From Bacterioplanes sanyensis (GTDB lineage Bacteria > Pseudomonadota > Gammaproteobacteria > Pseudomonadales > Oceanobacteraceae): DNA of 64,000 nucleotides. The stretch spans positions 4,117,516 through 4,181,515 of the forward strand of contig NZ_CP022530.1 in the NCBI RefSeq assembly GCF_002237535.1. The letters are read 5' to 3'. The translations under genes were made by a program, and so were the position numbers. The notes under the pieces were generated by a model that was not told the origin of the DNA, ran no database searches, and saw only the letters and a program-made list of their open reading frames with translations. Numbering within the stretch: the stretch's first letter is position 1; every line of letters starts with the position of its first letter. Of this stretch, positions 43,925-55,469 are shown piece after piece.

Positions 43925-46407
43925 TCATGTAAAACGGCAAAATCGGCGAGCAAATAACTCAACACCGCCATCCAAGCACGCAGGGTGTGATTCGGATCGC
44001 GCAGCAAAGCGCCATTGTCGGCGTTGTCCCAATCCAAGCGGCAGTACTCGTCGTTATCGTCATGCGGCTCATTGGCATCGTTATAGAATAAATAATCACT
44101 GGGGGCTGAATTTAATCGCGATTGCCACACTTCTTCGAACAAGGCATACACCTGTGTTTGCTCAGTGTTTAAATCGGTCAGCGGGTTACCCCACAGGCGA
44201 TCAATTAAGCGATTGACTTGCAAGCGCACGCTGGTCGCATTGCTTTGCGGTGTGTCGGTGCTTTCCACCTCGGTGAACAACACACGCTGACTTTGCGGTT
44301 GCTCAAATTCGTTCACCACCAAACTGCACACCATTTCACTCGACATGCGATTGGCCACGGCGTACATCATGGTGTTCAGCTGGCGACCGCGCTCCACCAC
44401 AGTGTCCGAATCAATGCCGCCATAAATGCCGTAATAGGCATCCAACAGCAGCGCATCGTCTTCATTCCAAACATGATGCCAACGCCCGCCCGTTGACGCT
44501 TCCAGTTTCCGATTCAGTTGTTCGGCGGTTAATAACTGGCCGCGGCCCATATCGCTGGCCAACGGCGTACTGCCAGGCACCACAGTGTCGGCGCGAAACG
44601 CCGGGCTAACAGCCATGTCGACCAGCATATCTTTTAGGTTGTAAGCACCATTTCCGGACGCGCCACTGCGCAAGCGCTGCGCGAAGTCGGCAATCATGCG
44701 CTGCTGTTCCTGATACACAGCCAGCCGCTGTGCATAGTCCTGATCCGATGTTTCGGTCGGCGCCGCCAACGGCTCAGCAGCAAACACAGCTGGCCACCAA
44801 AACTGCACGGTACCGCTGGCGAAACGGGCATCGGCGACCATCTGTTGCGCCAGCCACTGCAGGCCCTGTGACTGTTGTGACTGAGGCAGCTCGGCACCGT
44901 TAAAACCCGGTATGCGCATATCGCGATACCACAAATCGCCCTCTTGGTAGAGGCCGCTGTCCTTGTAGGTGTCGGGCAAGGAGTCGTCGCCATCCCAGGC
45001 GTCGCGATACAACCCACTGTCGCCAAAGTTTTGGAATGCTCCGGCCACTGGGTCCATCACCGTATGACAGCCGGTACACGCCGGGTTGTTCATGGTCGGA
45101 TTGTTGTTGTCTGCCAATGCATCTGGATCCATGGAGCGCACCGCCAGCCCTTCGATATCAACACCGAGGAAGAAATAATAGGCCCAGCGCGAGCGCGCGC
45201 GGTTGCGGTTGGTGTCCGTCGATGGATAACGCGCTAGGAACATCTGTGACGACAGCACACCAGCATGCGGCAAAGGCCCAAGAGAGTAGCCGCTGGTAAT
45301 ACGCGCCGGGCGCCAATCGTCCTCATTTTGATCGTTCGCAAAACTAACACCGGTGTTATACACATCATTGGAATACGGATTGACCATGATGTAGTCGGCG
45401 GTCAGCACTTCGGTATAAGGCCGCTCCGAAGTCACTATGTAGCGGATCAACTGCAGAGGCGCCATGGCCAACGCTTCATTGGTGCGTTCCCAGGCTTGGT
45501 TGCGAGCACGTTCTGCCGCCTCCCGTTGCGCTTCGCTGGTGGCGTTGTTGACCGCCTCGTTCAATGGCTGCAAGCGCGCTTCGATATAAGGGAAGCGATC
45601 ACCGCCGTCGTAAAGAAGATCCAGCGCTGGTGTGCGACCGTTGGCCCATTTATTGGTCAACAAGCGATCATTGGCGCCTTCCAGCACAAACTGATCAAAA
45701 CCTTCGCCGGTCATCAGCCCACGAATCACCCGTCGCAATGACTCGTCACTGCCGTCACCGAGTGATTGCACTTCGGCGGCGGTGGGCAAACGTCCAGCAA
45801 ATAGCAGCGCCGCTTTGCGCAAGGTGTCGCTGGCGCCGGCATTGTTGACGCCCTGCCAGACACTGCCGATTTGCTTATCGGGCGCTTCAGGTTCCTCGCC
45901 ATCAGTGCTGCAGCTGACAGGGTCGGTTTGCAACCAAGTGAGCATCGCTTGATGTTCGGCGCTGTTGGGCGAAATCACCGCACCACCACCGTGAGCCACT
46001 TGCCCCAAAGGCTTTTGTACCAGCAAGCCACTGCCATTTGAGGCAATGTAGTCAGACACGCGCTGTAAGTTGGTGCTTAAGGCCGTGCTGTCATTGCCTG
46101 CCTGCAACACCAACCCAGAGCTGGCAGCGATGCCGCCACTTTGATGGCAGGTTAAACAGCTGCCAGACAGCACTGGCTGCCACAGCTGTTCAGCAAAACG
46201 ATCCACCTCGGCGCTACAATCGGTGTTGCTCACGTCGTCTGGCGTTTCTGGCACATCGGGCTGCGGCGTACTGGGTTGATCGGTCGTACCGTCACCCGAG
46301 CCGCCCTCCGTCGCCAACTCGCCATCGTAGTCGTTGCCACCACCACCGCAGGCGGCCAACATCAGTGCTAGTACTGCACCACACCCAATGTGTGTCCACT
46401 GTTTCAT
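43921..46407 (-). CDS. DUF1549/DUF1553 (PSCyt-type) lipoprotein with two CxxCH heme-binding motifs
   Basis: Lipobox MKQWTHIGCGAVLALMLAACGG. The CxxCH motifs are CLTCHQ and CTGCHTV. 828 aa. Partner of DUF1501, as described for Planctomycetes. Confidence 0.7.
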   Translation of the reverse strand: MKQWTHIGCGAVLALMLAACGGGGNDYDGELATEGGSGDGTTDQPSTPQPDVPETPDDVSNTDCSAEVDRFAEQLWQPVLSGSCLTCHQSGGIAASSGLVLQAGNDSTALSTNLQRVSDYIASNGSGLLVQKPLGQVAHGGGAVISPNSAEHQAMLTWLQTDPVSCSTDGEEPEAPDKQIGSVWQGVNNAGASDTLRKAALLFAGRLPTAAEVQSLGDGSDESLRRVIRGLMTGEGFDQFVLEGANDRLLTNKWANGRTPALDLLYDGGDRFPYIEARLQPLNEAVNNATSEAQREAAERARNQAWERTNEALAMAPLQLIRYIVTSERPYTEVLTADYIMVNPYSNDVYNTGVSFANDQNEDDWRPARITSGYSLGPLPHAGVLSSQMFLARYPSTDTNRNRARSRWAYYFFLGVDIEGLAVRSMDPDALADNNNPTMNNPACTGCHTVMDPVAGAFQNFGDSGLYRDAWDGDDSLPDTYKDSGLYQEGDLWYRDMRIPGFNGAELPQSQQSQGLQWLAQQMVADARFASGTVQFWWPAVFAAEPLAAPTETSDQDYAQRLAVYQEQQRMIADFAQRLRSGASGNGAYNLKDMLVDMAVSPAFRADTVVPGSTPLASDMGRGQLLTAEQLNRKLEASTGGRWHHVWNEDDALLLDAYYGIYGGIDSDTVVERGRQLNTMMYAVANRMSSEMVCSLVVNEFEQPQSQRVLFTEVESTDTPQSNATSVRLQVNRLIDRLWGNPLTDLNTEQTQVYALFEEVWQSRLNSAPSDYLFYNDANEPHDDNDEYCRLDWDNADNGALLRDPNHTLRAWMAVLSYLLADFAVLHE

Positions 46408-46607
46408 GCTGGCCTCGCTTGCTCGAAGTTCTTAGACGGATACAGCCAGTATTGACGTCATTTTTCGTGCTGTCCGTAACAGTCAGTAACGGTACTGAGG
46501 GAATAGAGCGATCTGAGAGTTGGGTCACATGGCAACTGTGACATCGAGTCACAGTTGCCAGCCGCACTGGCAAGCGGCGACGACTGACCTACGCTAACAA
46601 CACGAGC

Positions 46608-48158
46608 TTGTTGTCAGGAACAGCCATGTACAGTGTTCGCTTCCGTTTGGCTGCTCAGCTGGTGTTTGTGGTCACCTTGCTGTTGGCTGCGTTCGGTTAT
46701 TACAGTTATCAACAGGCCGAAGCTAACTTAATGGCAGAGTTCGAACGCCAAATTGCAGCCTCGGCCAAACGCACTCAACTGAGCTTGCCAGGTCCGATCT
46801 GGAACTTTAACGAGCAGATGACGCAGTCGGTGATTCAGTCTGAGTTGGCCTATGAGGGCATTATTGCCATCGAGGTCATCAATACCGATGGTGAGCGCAC
46901 ACTGCTGTTCACCCTCAGCGATAACCCCGAAGAACCGATCACCGCGTTGGAAGAGCCACCCGCCCTCGACGATGTGCGCGAGTTTGCCCTGCAATATGAA
47001 GATTACGGCGAAATGAACGACGTTGGCATCGCCAATTACTACGTCGACGCGGCCTTTATTCAGCCCCAGCTGACGCGGCTAATGTGGCGCCAGGTGGCCT
47101 TAGTGGTGGTGTTGGATCTGGTCATTGGCGCCATGTTGTTGATCTTGATGGGGCGCACCTTGATGGGCCCATTGCAGCGCATCACTACTGCCGTGGACGC
47201 TGTTGCCAGCGGCGATGGCGATCTGACGCGACGGTTGCCCACCCCCAGAGCAGTCGAACTGCAACCGCTGAGCCTCGGCATCAACACCTTTATCGAATCG
47301 GTGCAGGACATCGTTCAACAAACCACTCACGACGCCAAAGCGCTGGAAGCGCAAGCCGGTAGCGCGCGCCAGCAAGCAGCCGACACCTCAGGCTACAGCC
47401 AGCAACAGCAAACCTTGCTGACTAACATGCGTTCGGCGAGTGAGCATTTACGCGAGTCCATCGTCGCCATCGATCAGCAAGCGCAATCTGCGCTGGATAA
47501 AATCTCCACCACAGAGCACGCCGCCGATCAGGGGGTGCAAATGATCGCGCAGCTGGTGCGCCGAGTGGATGAGCTGGTTGAGCAAATTGCTGCCGTTAGC
47601 AACAGCGCTAATCAGCTGATTGCTGAGGGCCAGCAAATCAGCGACATTCTTGGTGTTATTCGCTCCATAGCCGAGCAAACCAACTTACTGGCACTCAATG
47701 CCGCCATCGAAGCCGCCCGCGCTGGCGAAGCCGGGCGCGGCTTTGCCGTAGTGGCGGATGAAGTACGCAACCTGTCTGCTCGCACTGAGCAATCAACCGA
47801 CGAAATTGATCAACACATCGGCACCATGCGCCAGGTCAGCAGCCAGTTGGAAGCAGGCCTACATAACTTAAGTGATGCCACCCAAAGCACCGTCAGCCTG
47901 TGCGACGACGCCAACACCTCCATTGCCGCCATCAGCACCGCCAGCTCTGACACCGCCGAATGCAACCGCCAGATCAGCCACACCACACAGGAACAAACCT
48001 CAGCGGTCAGCGATATGAGTACCACCATTGAAGAGGTTTCCGACAGCGCCTCTTCCATGCACCAATTGGCTGTCGACTCGTCAGATAACGCAGAGCAAGT
48101 CAGTCAGCTGGCCGCTTCCGTACTGCGTCAGCTGCAACGCTTCAAAGTCGATTCTTAG
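46608..48158 (+). CDS. Methyl-accepting chemotaxis protein
   Basis: Two TM helices with a periplasmic domain. HAMP domain. Highly conserved signalling domain [37 protein letters not shown]. Confidence 0.85.
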   Translation: MLSGTAMYSVRFRLAAQLVFVVTLLLAAFGYYSYQQAEANLMAEFERQIAASAKRTQLSLPGPIWNFNEQMTQSVIQSELAYEGIIAIEVINTDGERTLLFTLSDNPEEPITALEEPPALDDVREFALQYEDYGEMNDVGIANYYVDAAFIQPQLTRLMWRQVALVVVLDLVIGAMLLILMGRTLMGPLQRITTAVDAVASGDGDLTRRLPTPRAVELQPLSLGINTFIESVQDIVQQTTHDAKALEAQAGSARQQAADTSGYSQQQQTLLTNMRSASEHLRESIVAIDQQAQSALDKISTTEHAADQGVQMIAQLVRRVDELVEQIAAVSNSANQLIAEGQQISDILGVIRSIAEQTNLLALNAAIEAARAGEAGRGFAVVADEVRNLSARTEQSTDEIDQHIGTMRQVSSQLEAGLHNLSDATQSTVSLCDDANTSIAAISTASSDTAECNRQISHTTQEQTSAVSDMSTTIEEVSDSASSMHQLAVDSSDNAEQVSQLAASVLRQLQRFKVDS

Positions 48159-48169
48159 GAGAAACACCA

Positions 48170-48891
48170 TGCGTATGCTTATTCTAATCACCAGTCTGAT
48201 CCTGTGGTCGTGCAATAGCCTGGCAGAGACCGTAACCGCCGCCCAAGACCCCTGGCCACCCTTTGTTCAAGAGGGCAATCCTCCCGGTATTTCGGTAGAA
48301 GTGGTGCAAGAAGCGATGAAGACCCAAGGCTACACCGTCGACATGAAACTCACCCCTTGGGCACGTGCCATCGAGGACGTCAAAAACGGCAATGTCGACT
48401 TTCTAATTGGCACCTGGTTCACCCAGGAGCGCTCAGCGTACTTACGCTACAGCGACCACTACGCCATCAACCAAGTTAAGTTCATCACCAAAGCAGACAG
48501 CAGCTTCGAGTACACCGGCATGGACAGTCTGGCGGGAAAATCCGTGGGGATTGTGCGCGGCTACGGCTATGGCGATGAGTTTTTAACCGCCGGGCACTTT
48601 GCGCGCCCGGAGGCAAACAATCTGGTGCTGAACTTGCGCAAACTAATGGCCGGGCGTATTGATATGACACTGGAAGACGAAATCGTCGCGCGTTCGCAAA
48701 TGACCGGCGCTGGTCTGGACGTCAGTCAGTTCCGTTTTACCAGCAACTCATTGTCGGAAAATAAGCTGCATGTTACCTCAGGGCTGGCCAACGCCCGCAG
48801 CGAAGAACTGATTAACGCTTTTAACAAAGGCCTGGCCGCCATCAAAGCCAACGGCACCTTTGATGCCATTATGAAAAAATACGGCATCTAA
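48170..48891 (+). CDS. Orphan periplasmic substrate-binding protein (SBP_bac_3-like)
   Basis: GGAGAAA RBS. Signal peptide MRMLILITSLILWSCNSLA. No permease or ATPase genes nearby. Sits 12 bp after the MCP. Confidence 0.65.
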
Positions 48892-48945
48892 CCGCTCATC
48901 AATACACTGGGATTGCTGCCTGCAGAATCCTGCGTTTCTCAAGCG

Positions 48946-48971
48946 ACGAGCCCACGAAACTGGGCTCGTTT
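48946..48971 (+). terminator. Rho-independent terminator after the SBP gene
   Basis: CGAGCCCA-cgaaac-TGGGCTCG followed by TTTT. Confidence 0.55.
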
Positions 48972-49165
48972 TGCATCCAGCATCCACGATGCAAACAGAT
49001 ACGACTCACTTTCCGCTTCATTCATTGGCGTTAGACGCAAGCCGCCCAAGCGATCACTATGAACGGCCGTCAGGTTAAGTTGATGCCATCTCAAGTGCCG
49101 CCACCGGGCTTTTGCGTTAGAATGACCGCCCGTAAAATTTGCCAGAACGACATGAGGAAGCCCTG

Positions 49166-50428
<1,263 letters not shown>

Positions 50429-50552
50429 GCCGCCTTCCGTCTGAGCGACTGCTCAAACGCCACAGCAGGCCATCCAGCAATGGCCTGCTGTCATACAAAT
50501 TTCACACTCCCTTGTTAGTGTCGCAGGCTCGGACTTTGAGAGCTGCGCCCTG

Positions 50553-50899
50553 ATGGATCACTGGACCCCGATCACCGACACCGAATTGCACACCGTGCTG
50601 CAGCAAATCGAACAGCTGCCCGCCAACCAGCAGCATCTGTGGCGCATGTTACGCCTGCCTTGGCCTGAGCTGTGGCAACAGCATCCCTGGGGGATGAAGG
50701 CTGCGGTTTTTGGGTGGTCGCGGTGGCCGGCAAGCGGTGCTTGTATTACAACGACATCAGCGCACGTTTTTGCCAAAGCAGTTTTGAGCGCTGGGGGCAG
50801 ATAGATCATTTTGACCCCGACGGTCAGAGCCTGGCAGAACAGCTGCAAAACTGGCTCGACCTGCTTAATCAGGTGCAACCCAGCCCGCTTATCAATTAG
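50553..50899 (+). pseudogene. Hypothetical ORF apparently split by a +1/-1 frameshift near 50700-50800
   Basis: Two overlapping same-strand ORFs (50553..50804 and 50672..50899) with no recognisable family. This could be a sequencing error or a decaying gene. Confidence 0.25.
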
Positions 50900-51206
50900 C
50901 TCCAGCCATTAACTGACCCCGTTAACGCAATGGCTTATTCGCCTCTCGTTAATCAAACCCGTTAATCAAACCCGTTTGTTAAGCCCGTTCTTTAGCCCCA
51001 TATCGAACGTGCACAGGCGAGTGCACCCGTGCGAGCAGTCGCACCCAAGATAGCCGCCGATTCTGTGTCTGCTGCGACGGCTGTGCGATACTACGGCGCT
51101 GCAATGCTGTCCTTGCACCAGCTAACTGATCCTAGTTGTGCCACAGTAAACGCTGTTGGCATGCAAGCCATATTGGATGCCTCAGCACTCAACCTTGGAG
51201 CCTTCT

Positions 51207-51980
51207 ATGCGCAGCATTGGCGCATGCCGTGCACAGACACTCGCGACAGAGCCACATCGGCACAGCCATCATCACCACCAGGTGGTGCTCGGTTTGCACG
51301 GACAAGTGTGGTTTGAATTGCCGCCAGCGCAACAGCGCCACTTTGGGCCTGGCCACGGCTGCTTGCTGCCCAGCGACTGCGAACATTCGTTTCATGGCGA
51401 CGGCGACAATGCCGTTTTTATTATCGACGTCAGCGTGAAAGACGAATCGCCGCTGTTGATCGAAGCCAGTCTATTCCAACAGCTGTTTTCGCAGCCGCGA
51501 TTTATCGAACTGGACGACAATCTTCAGCGCCTAATAGCAAGCCTGGCGTCAGAACTGCAGCTGCGCCCTCACGACTTACCGCTGCAACAACACATCAGTG
51601 CTGTGCTGCTGCACAGCGTGTTTCATCGCATTGCGCCCTATCGCAACCCGACTCAAGCCAGCAGCGGGCGCATCGATCTGGCGATGCTCGATCAACTGAT
51701 TGCCGAGCGCCTGACGGATAAAATCAGCGTCGATGAGCTGGCCAACGCCTGTCACATGAGTAGTAGCCAGTTTCATCTGCGCTTTCGTCAACTAACCGGC
51801 ATGACGCCGTATCAATACGTGCTGCAGCAACGCGTACAACAAGCCGCTTGGCTGCTGCAAAACTCTTCCATGAGCATCAGCGCGGTGGCCGCCGAAACCG
51901 GCTTTGCCAACCAAAGTGCGCTCAACCATGCGATCAAAGCTCGCTTTGATTTATCCCCAGGTCAGCTGCGACGAAAGTAG
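51207..51980 (+). CDS. AraC-family transcriptional regulator (PruR-like, upstream of putA)
   Basis: N-terminal cupin with a His-rich segment. C-terminal HTH_AraC (ELANACHMSSSQFHLRFRQLTGMTPYQYVLQQRVQQAAWLL). GGAG RBS before the ATG at 51207. Confidence 0.75.
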   Translation: MRSIGACRAQTLATEPHRHSHHHHQVVLGLHGQVWFELPPAQQRHFGPGHGCLLPSDCEHSFHGDGDNAVFIIDVSVKDESPLLIEASLFQQLFSQPRFIELDDNLQRLIASLASELQLRPHDLPLQQHISAVLLHSVFHRIAPYRNPTQASSGRIDLAMLDQLIAERLTDKISVDELANACHMSSSQFHLRFRQLTGMTPYQYVLQQRVQQAAWLLQNSSMSISAVAAETGFANQSALNHAIKARFDLSPGQLRRK

Positions 51981-52133
51981 TACGAAACTCGAGCAATCGG
52001 CCGATTATCGGAGTTTTTGACAAAACTGCCGGAACATCTGACAAGTTTTACCCCGCAGGCCCGCGTACCTTTGATCGTTAACTGTGCAACAAGTGCGGCC
52101 TTTTGCCGCCATAACAACGAACAGGAGTGCGCG

Positions 52134-55100
52134 ATGAGCGGTTTTGATGTCTCTACGCTGTTTAACACGACTGCCAAACTCAGTGCTGCTGAGTGGTACC
52201 AAGCCATTGAGCAACAGTACGCCGTCGACGAAGACAGCTACATGGCCCAGCTGGTAGAGCTGGCCGAGCCTAATGACGACATTCGTCATCAAACCGAAGT
52301 GCGGGCCCGCCGTATTGTTGAAGCCATTCGAGCCGAAGGTGACGTCGCCCACGCCGTCGACAAGCTGCTGCAAGAGTACAGCCTCGACAACGAAGAAGGC
52401 GTGATTCTGATGTGTCTGGCCGAAGCGCTGATGCGGGTGCCCGATGCCGATACCGCCGATGCTTTAATCCGCGACAAACTGTCTGCCGCCGCCTGGGACG
52501 AGCATATGGGCCGCTCGGACTCGTTGTTGGTCAACGCCTCCACTTGGGGTTTGATGCTGACCGGCAAAGTGACCGGCATTTCCAACCGCGAAAGCTCACC
52601 AGGCAACTTGCTATCCGGATTGATTCAACGCGCCGGTGAACCGGTCATTCGCGCCGCCATGAACCAAGCCATGAAGATCATGGGCAAGCAGTTCGTATTG
52701 GGTCGCAGCATTACCGAGGCGATTAAAAACAGTAAGTCGTATCGCGCCAAAGGCTACACCTACTCCTTCGATATGCTCGGTGAAGCCGCCTTTACCGATG
52801 CCGATGCCGAGCGTTACTTCAACGCCTACATGGATGCCGTCAAAGCACTGGCAGACAGCAAAAGCCAGTGGCGCGACGACCGCCCGGCGCCCAGCATTTC
52901 GATCAAGTTATCAGCGCTGCACCCGCGCTACGAAGAGTCCCATCAGCAAGCCGTGATGGACGAGCTGGCAGCCCGTGTCAGCGAACTGGTGGCCGAAGCC
53001 CGCCGTCATGACATTGCCCTGACCATTGATGCCGAAGAAGCCGACCGCCTGGAGCTGTCGATGCGCTTGTTCCAAAAGGTCTACAACAGCGCAGTCGCCA
53101 AAGGTTGGGATAAGTTTGGTTTGGTGGTGCAGGCCTACTCCAAGCGTGCCACAGCCGTGTTGGGCTTCCTCAACGCATTGGCCCGTGAGCAAGGCGATGA
53201 GATCCCGATTCGATTGGTCAAAGGCGCCTACTGGGACAGCGAAATTAAGCACTCACAGCAGTTGGGCTTAGCCGACTACCCGGTGTTTACTCGCAAAGAA
53301 AATTCCGACGTCTCCTACATGGTGTGCGCGCGCTACCTACTGAGCGAGCAAACCGATGGTTGCCTGTACCCACAGTTTGCTACCCATAATGCTCATACCG
53401 TAGCAGCGGTAGCCGAGCTGGCGCAGCTCAACCCTAACCGCGCCTTTGAGTTCCAACGCCTGCACGGCATGGGCGATGCGCTGTACGACAACCTGTTAAG
53501 CCAAGATCGCATCAACGTGCGCATCTATGCCCCAGTGGGAGCGCACAAAGACTTGTTGCCTTACCTGGTACGCCGCTTGTTGGAAAACGGCGCCAACTCA
53601 TCCTTTGTACACCGCTTGGTTGATGCTGAAACCCCAGTTTCCGATCTGGTGCAGTCGCCGGTCGCGACGGCATCACGCCATGCCGTGTTCCGCAACCCAC
53701 GTATTCCTCGTGCCGGCGAAATGTTTGGCACCGAACGCAGTAACTCCCAGGGGTATAACTTGTCCGTCGCCTTCGAACGTGAGCCGTTGCTCAACAGCAT
53801 TCGCGCTTTTGATGACAAACAGTGGCAGCTAAAGCCGATTATCAACGGCAAAGCCGTAGACGGCGGTGACAAGCACCCAGTACTGAGCCCGTTTGATCAG
53901 CGTCAGGTGGTCGGTGAAGTGACCTGGACCTGCGCTGAACAGGCGTTAGAAGCATTAGACGTGGCCGACAAAGCTTGGTTTGGCTGGAACCGCACCGCGG
54001 TGGTCGAGCGTGCCGCATGCTTGGATCGCATGGCCGATCTGATGGAAAAACACACCGACGAGCTGATGGCTCTGTGTGCGCGCGAAGCCGGCAAAAGCCT
54101 GCAAGACAGCATTGATGAGATCCGTGAAGCGGTGGACTTCTGCCGTTATTACGCCCAGCAAGCACGTCAGAACATGGCGCTGCCGACGGCATTGCCGGGG
54201 CCGACAGGGGAAAGCAACGAACACTACTACGAAGGCCGTGGCGTGTTCTTATGTATTAGCCCATGGAACTTCCCACTGGCCATCTTTATGGGCCAGGTAG
54301 TCGCTGCTCTGGTGGCGGGTAATACCGTGCTGGCCAAACCTGCCGAATCAACCTCATTGATTGCTGGTCGCGCCATTGAAATGCTCTACGAGGCGGGCAT
54401 TCCAAAAGACGTACTGCACTACCTGCCTGGCTCAGGTGCCACCATCGGTAATGCCTTGGTGCCGGACAACCGCGTTACCGGTATCGCCTTCACCGGCTCG
54501 ACCGAAACCGCACAACTGATCAACCGCACGCTGGCCGAGCGTGATGGCGCATTGGCCACCTTCATCGCCGAGACTGGCGGCCAAAATGCCATGATCGTTG
54601 ACTCCACCGCTTTGCCAGAGCAAGTGGTTGCCGACGTCATGCACTCAGCCTTTGCCAGTGCCGGTCAGCGCTGCTCGGCGCTTAGGGTTCTGTGTGTGCA
54701 AGACGATATTGCCGATCGCATCGTGACCTTAATCGACGGCGCCCTGCAGCGCATCGAAATCGGCGATCCACAGCACTACAGCACAGATTGCGGTCCTGTG
54801 ATCGACGACAAAGCAAAAACCAACCTGACCTCGTATGTTGAGCGCTGGCGCGCCGCTGGCCGTATTTTGGCGGAAGCACAGTTGCCAGAAGAATGCGCAC
54901 ACGGCCACTTTGTGGCACCGGTCGCGATTGGTATCTCGGCACTGTCGGATTTGGGCCGCGAGCAATTCGGTCCAGTACTGCACATTTACCGCTACAAAGC
55001 CAATGAGCTGGATAAGGTCATTGCCGACATCAATGGCACTGGTTACGGCCTGACGTTGGGCATTCACAGCCGTAACGAAGCCACCGCCGCCTACATTGAG

Positions 55101-55316
55101 TCGCGCGTGCGCGTCGGTAACTGCTACGTTAATCGTAATCAGATTGGCGCCGTGGTCGGGGTACAGCCGTTTGGCGGCCGAGGCTTGTCGGGTACCGGCC
55201 CCAAAGCCGGTGGTCCAAACTACCTGAAGCGTTTCGCCACCGAGCGAGTGCGCACCATTAACACCACAGCGGTGGGCGGCAATGCGTCGCTGCTGTCGTT
55301 GCAGGCGGACGACTGA
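52134..55316 (+). CDS. putA: Bifunctional proline dehydrogenase / delta-1-pyrroline-5-carboxylate dehydrogenase PutA (no RHH DNA-binding domain)
   Basis: PRODH domain and ALDH domain (FTGSTETAQLI, EtGGQNAMIVDSTA). 1060 aa. AGGAG RBS. Confidence 0.9.
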   Translation: MSGFDVSTLFNTTAKLSAAEWYQAIEQQYAVDEDSYMAQLVELAEPNDDIRHQTEVRARRIVEAIRAEGDVAHAVDKLLQEYSLDNEEGVILMCLAEALMRVPDADTADALIRDKLSAAAWDEHMGRSDSLLVNASTWGLMLTGKVTGISNRESSPGNLLSGLIQRAGEPVIRAAMNQAMKIMGKQFVLGRSITEAIKNSKSYRAKGYTYSFDMLGEAAFTDADAERYFNAYMDAVKALADSKSQWRDDRPAPSISIKLSALHPRYEESHQQAVMDELAARVSELVAEARRHDIALTIDAEEADRLELSMRLFQKVYNSAVAKGWDKFGLVVQAYSKRATAVLGFLNALAREQGDEIPIRLVKGAYWDSEIKHSQQLGLADYPVFTRKENSDVSYMVCARYLLSEQTDGCLYPQFATHNAHTVAAVAELAQLNPNRAFEFQRLHGMGDALYDNLLSQDRINVRIYAPVGAHKDLLPYLVRRLLENGANSSFVHRLVDAETPVSDLVQSPVATASRHAVFRNPRIPRAGEMFGTERSNSQGYNLSVAFEREPLLNSIRAFDDKQWQLKPIINGKAVDGGDKHPVLSPFDQRQVVGEVTWTCAEQALEALDVADKAWFGWNRTAVVERAACLDRMADLMEKHTDELMALCAREAGKSLQDSIDEIREAVDFCRYYAQQARQNMALPTALPGPTGESNEHYYEGRGVFLCISPWNFPLAIFMGQVVAALVAGNTVLAKPAESTSLIAGRAIEMLYEAGIPKDVLHYLPGSGATIGNALVPDNRVTGIAFTGSTETAQLINRTLAERDGALATFIAETGGQNAMIVDSTALPEQVVADVMHSAFASAGQRCSALRVLCVQDDIADRIVTLIDGALQRIEIGDPQHYSTDCGPVIDDKAKTNLTSYVERWRAAGRILAEAQLPEECAHGHFVAPVAIGISALSDLGREQFGPVLHIYRYKANELDKVIADINGTGYGLTLGIHSRNEATAAYIESRVRVGNCYVNRNQIGAVVGVQPFGGRGLSGTGPKAGGPNYLKRFATERVRTINTTAVGGNASLLSLQADD

Positions 55317-55469
55317 TCTCGCAGTCACCGCCGAATCAGCCGCCACGGATGCCATGTCCGTGGCGGAAAACACAGCCAGCGGTGTGCTCTTTCGCCGTTG
55401 GCTGCACTCTCGCCCAAGCCAGCCTAGCGGCTTGGAGCGAACTATAACAATGAGAAACAGGAGCGCAGT

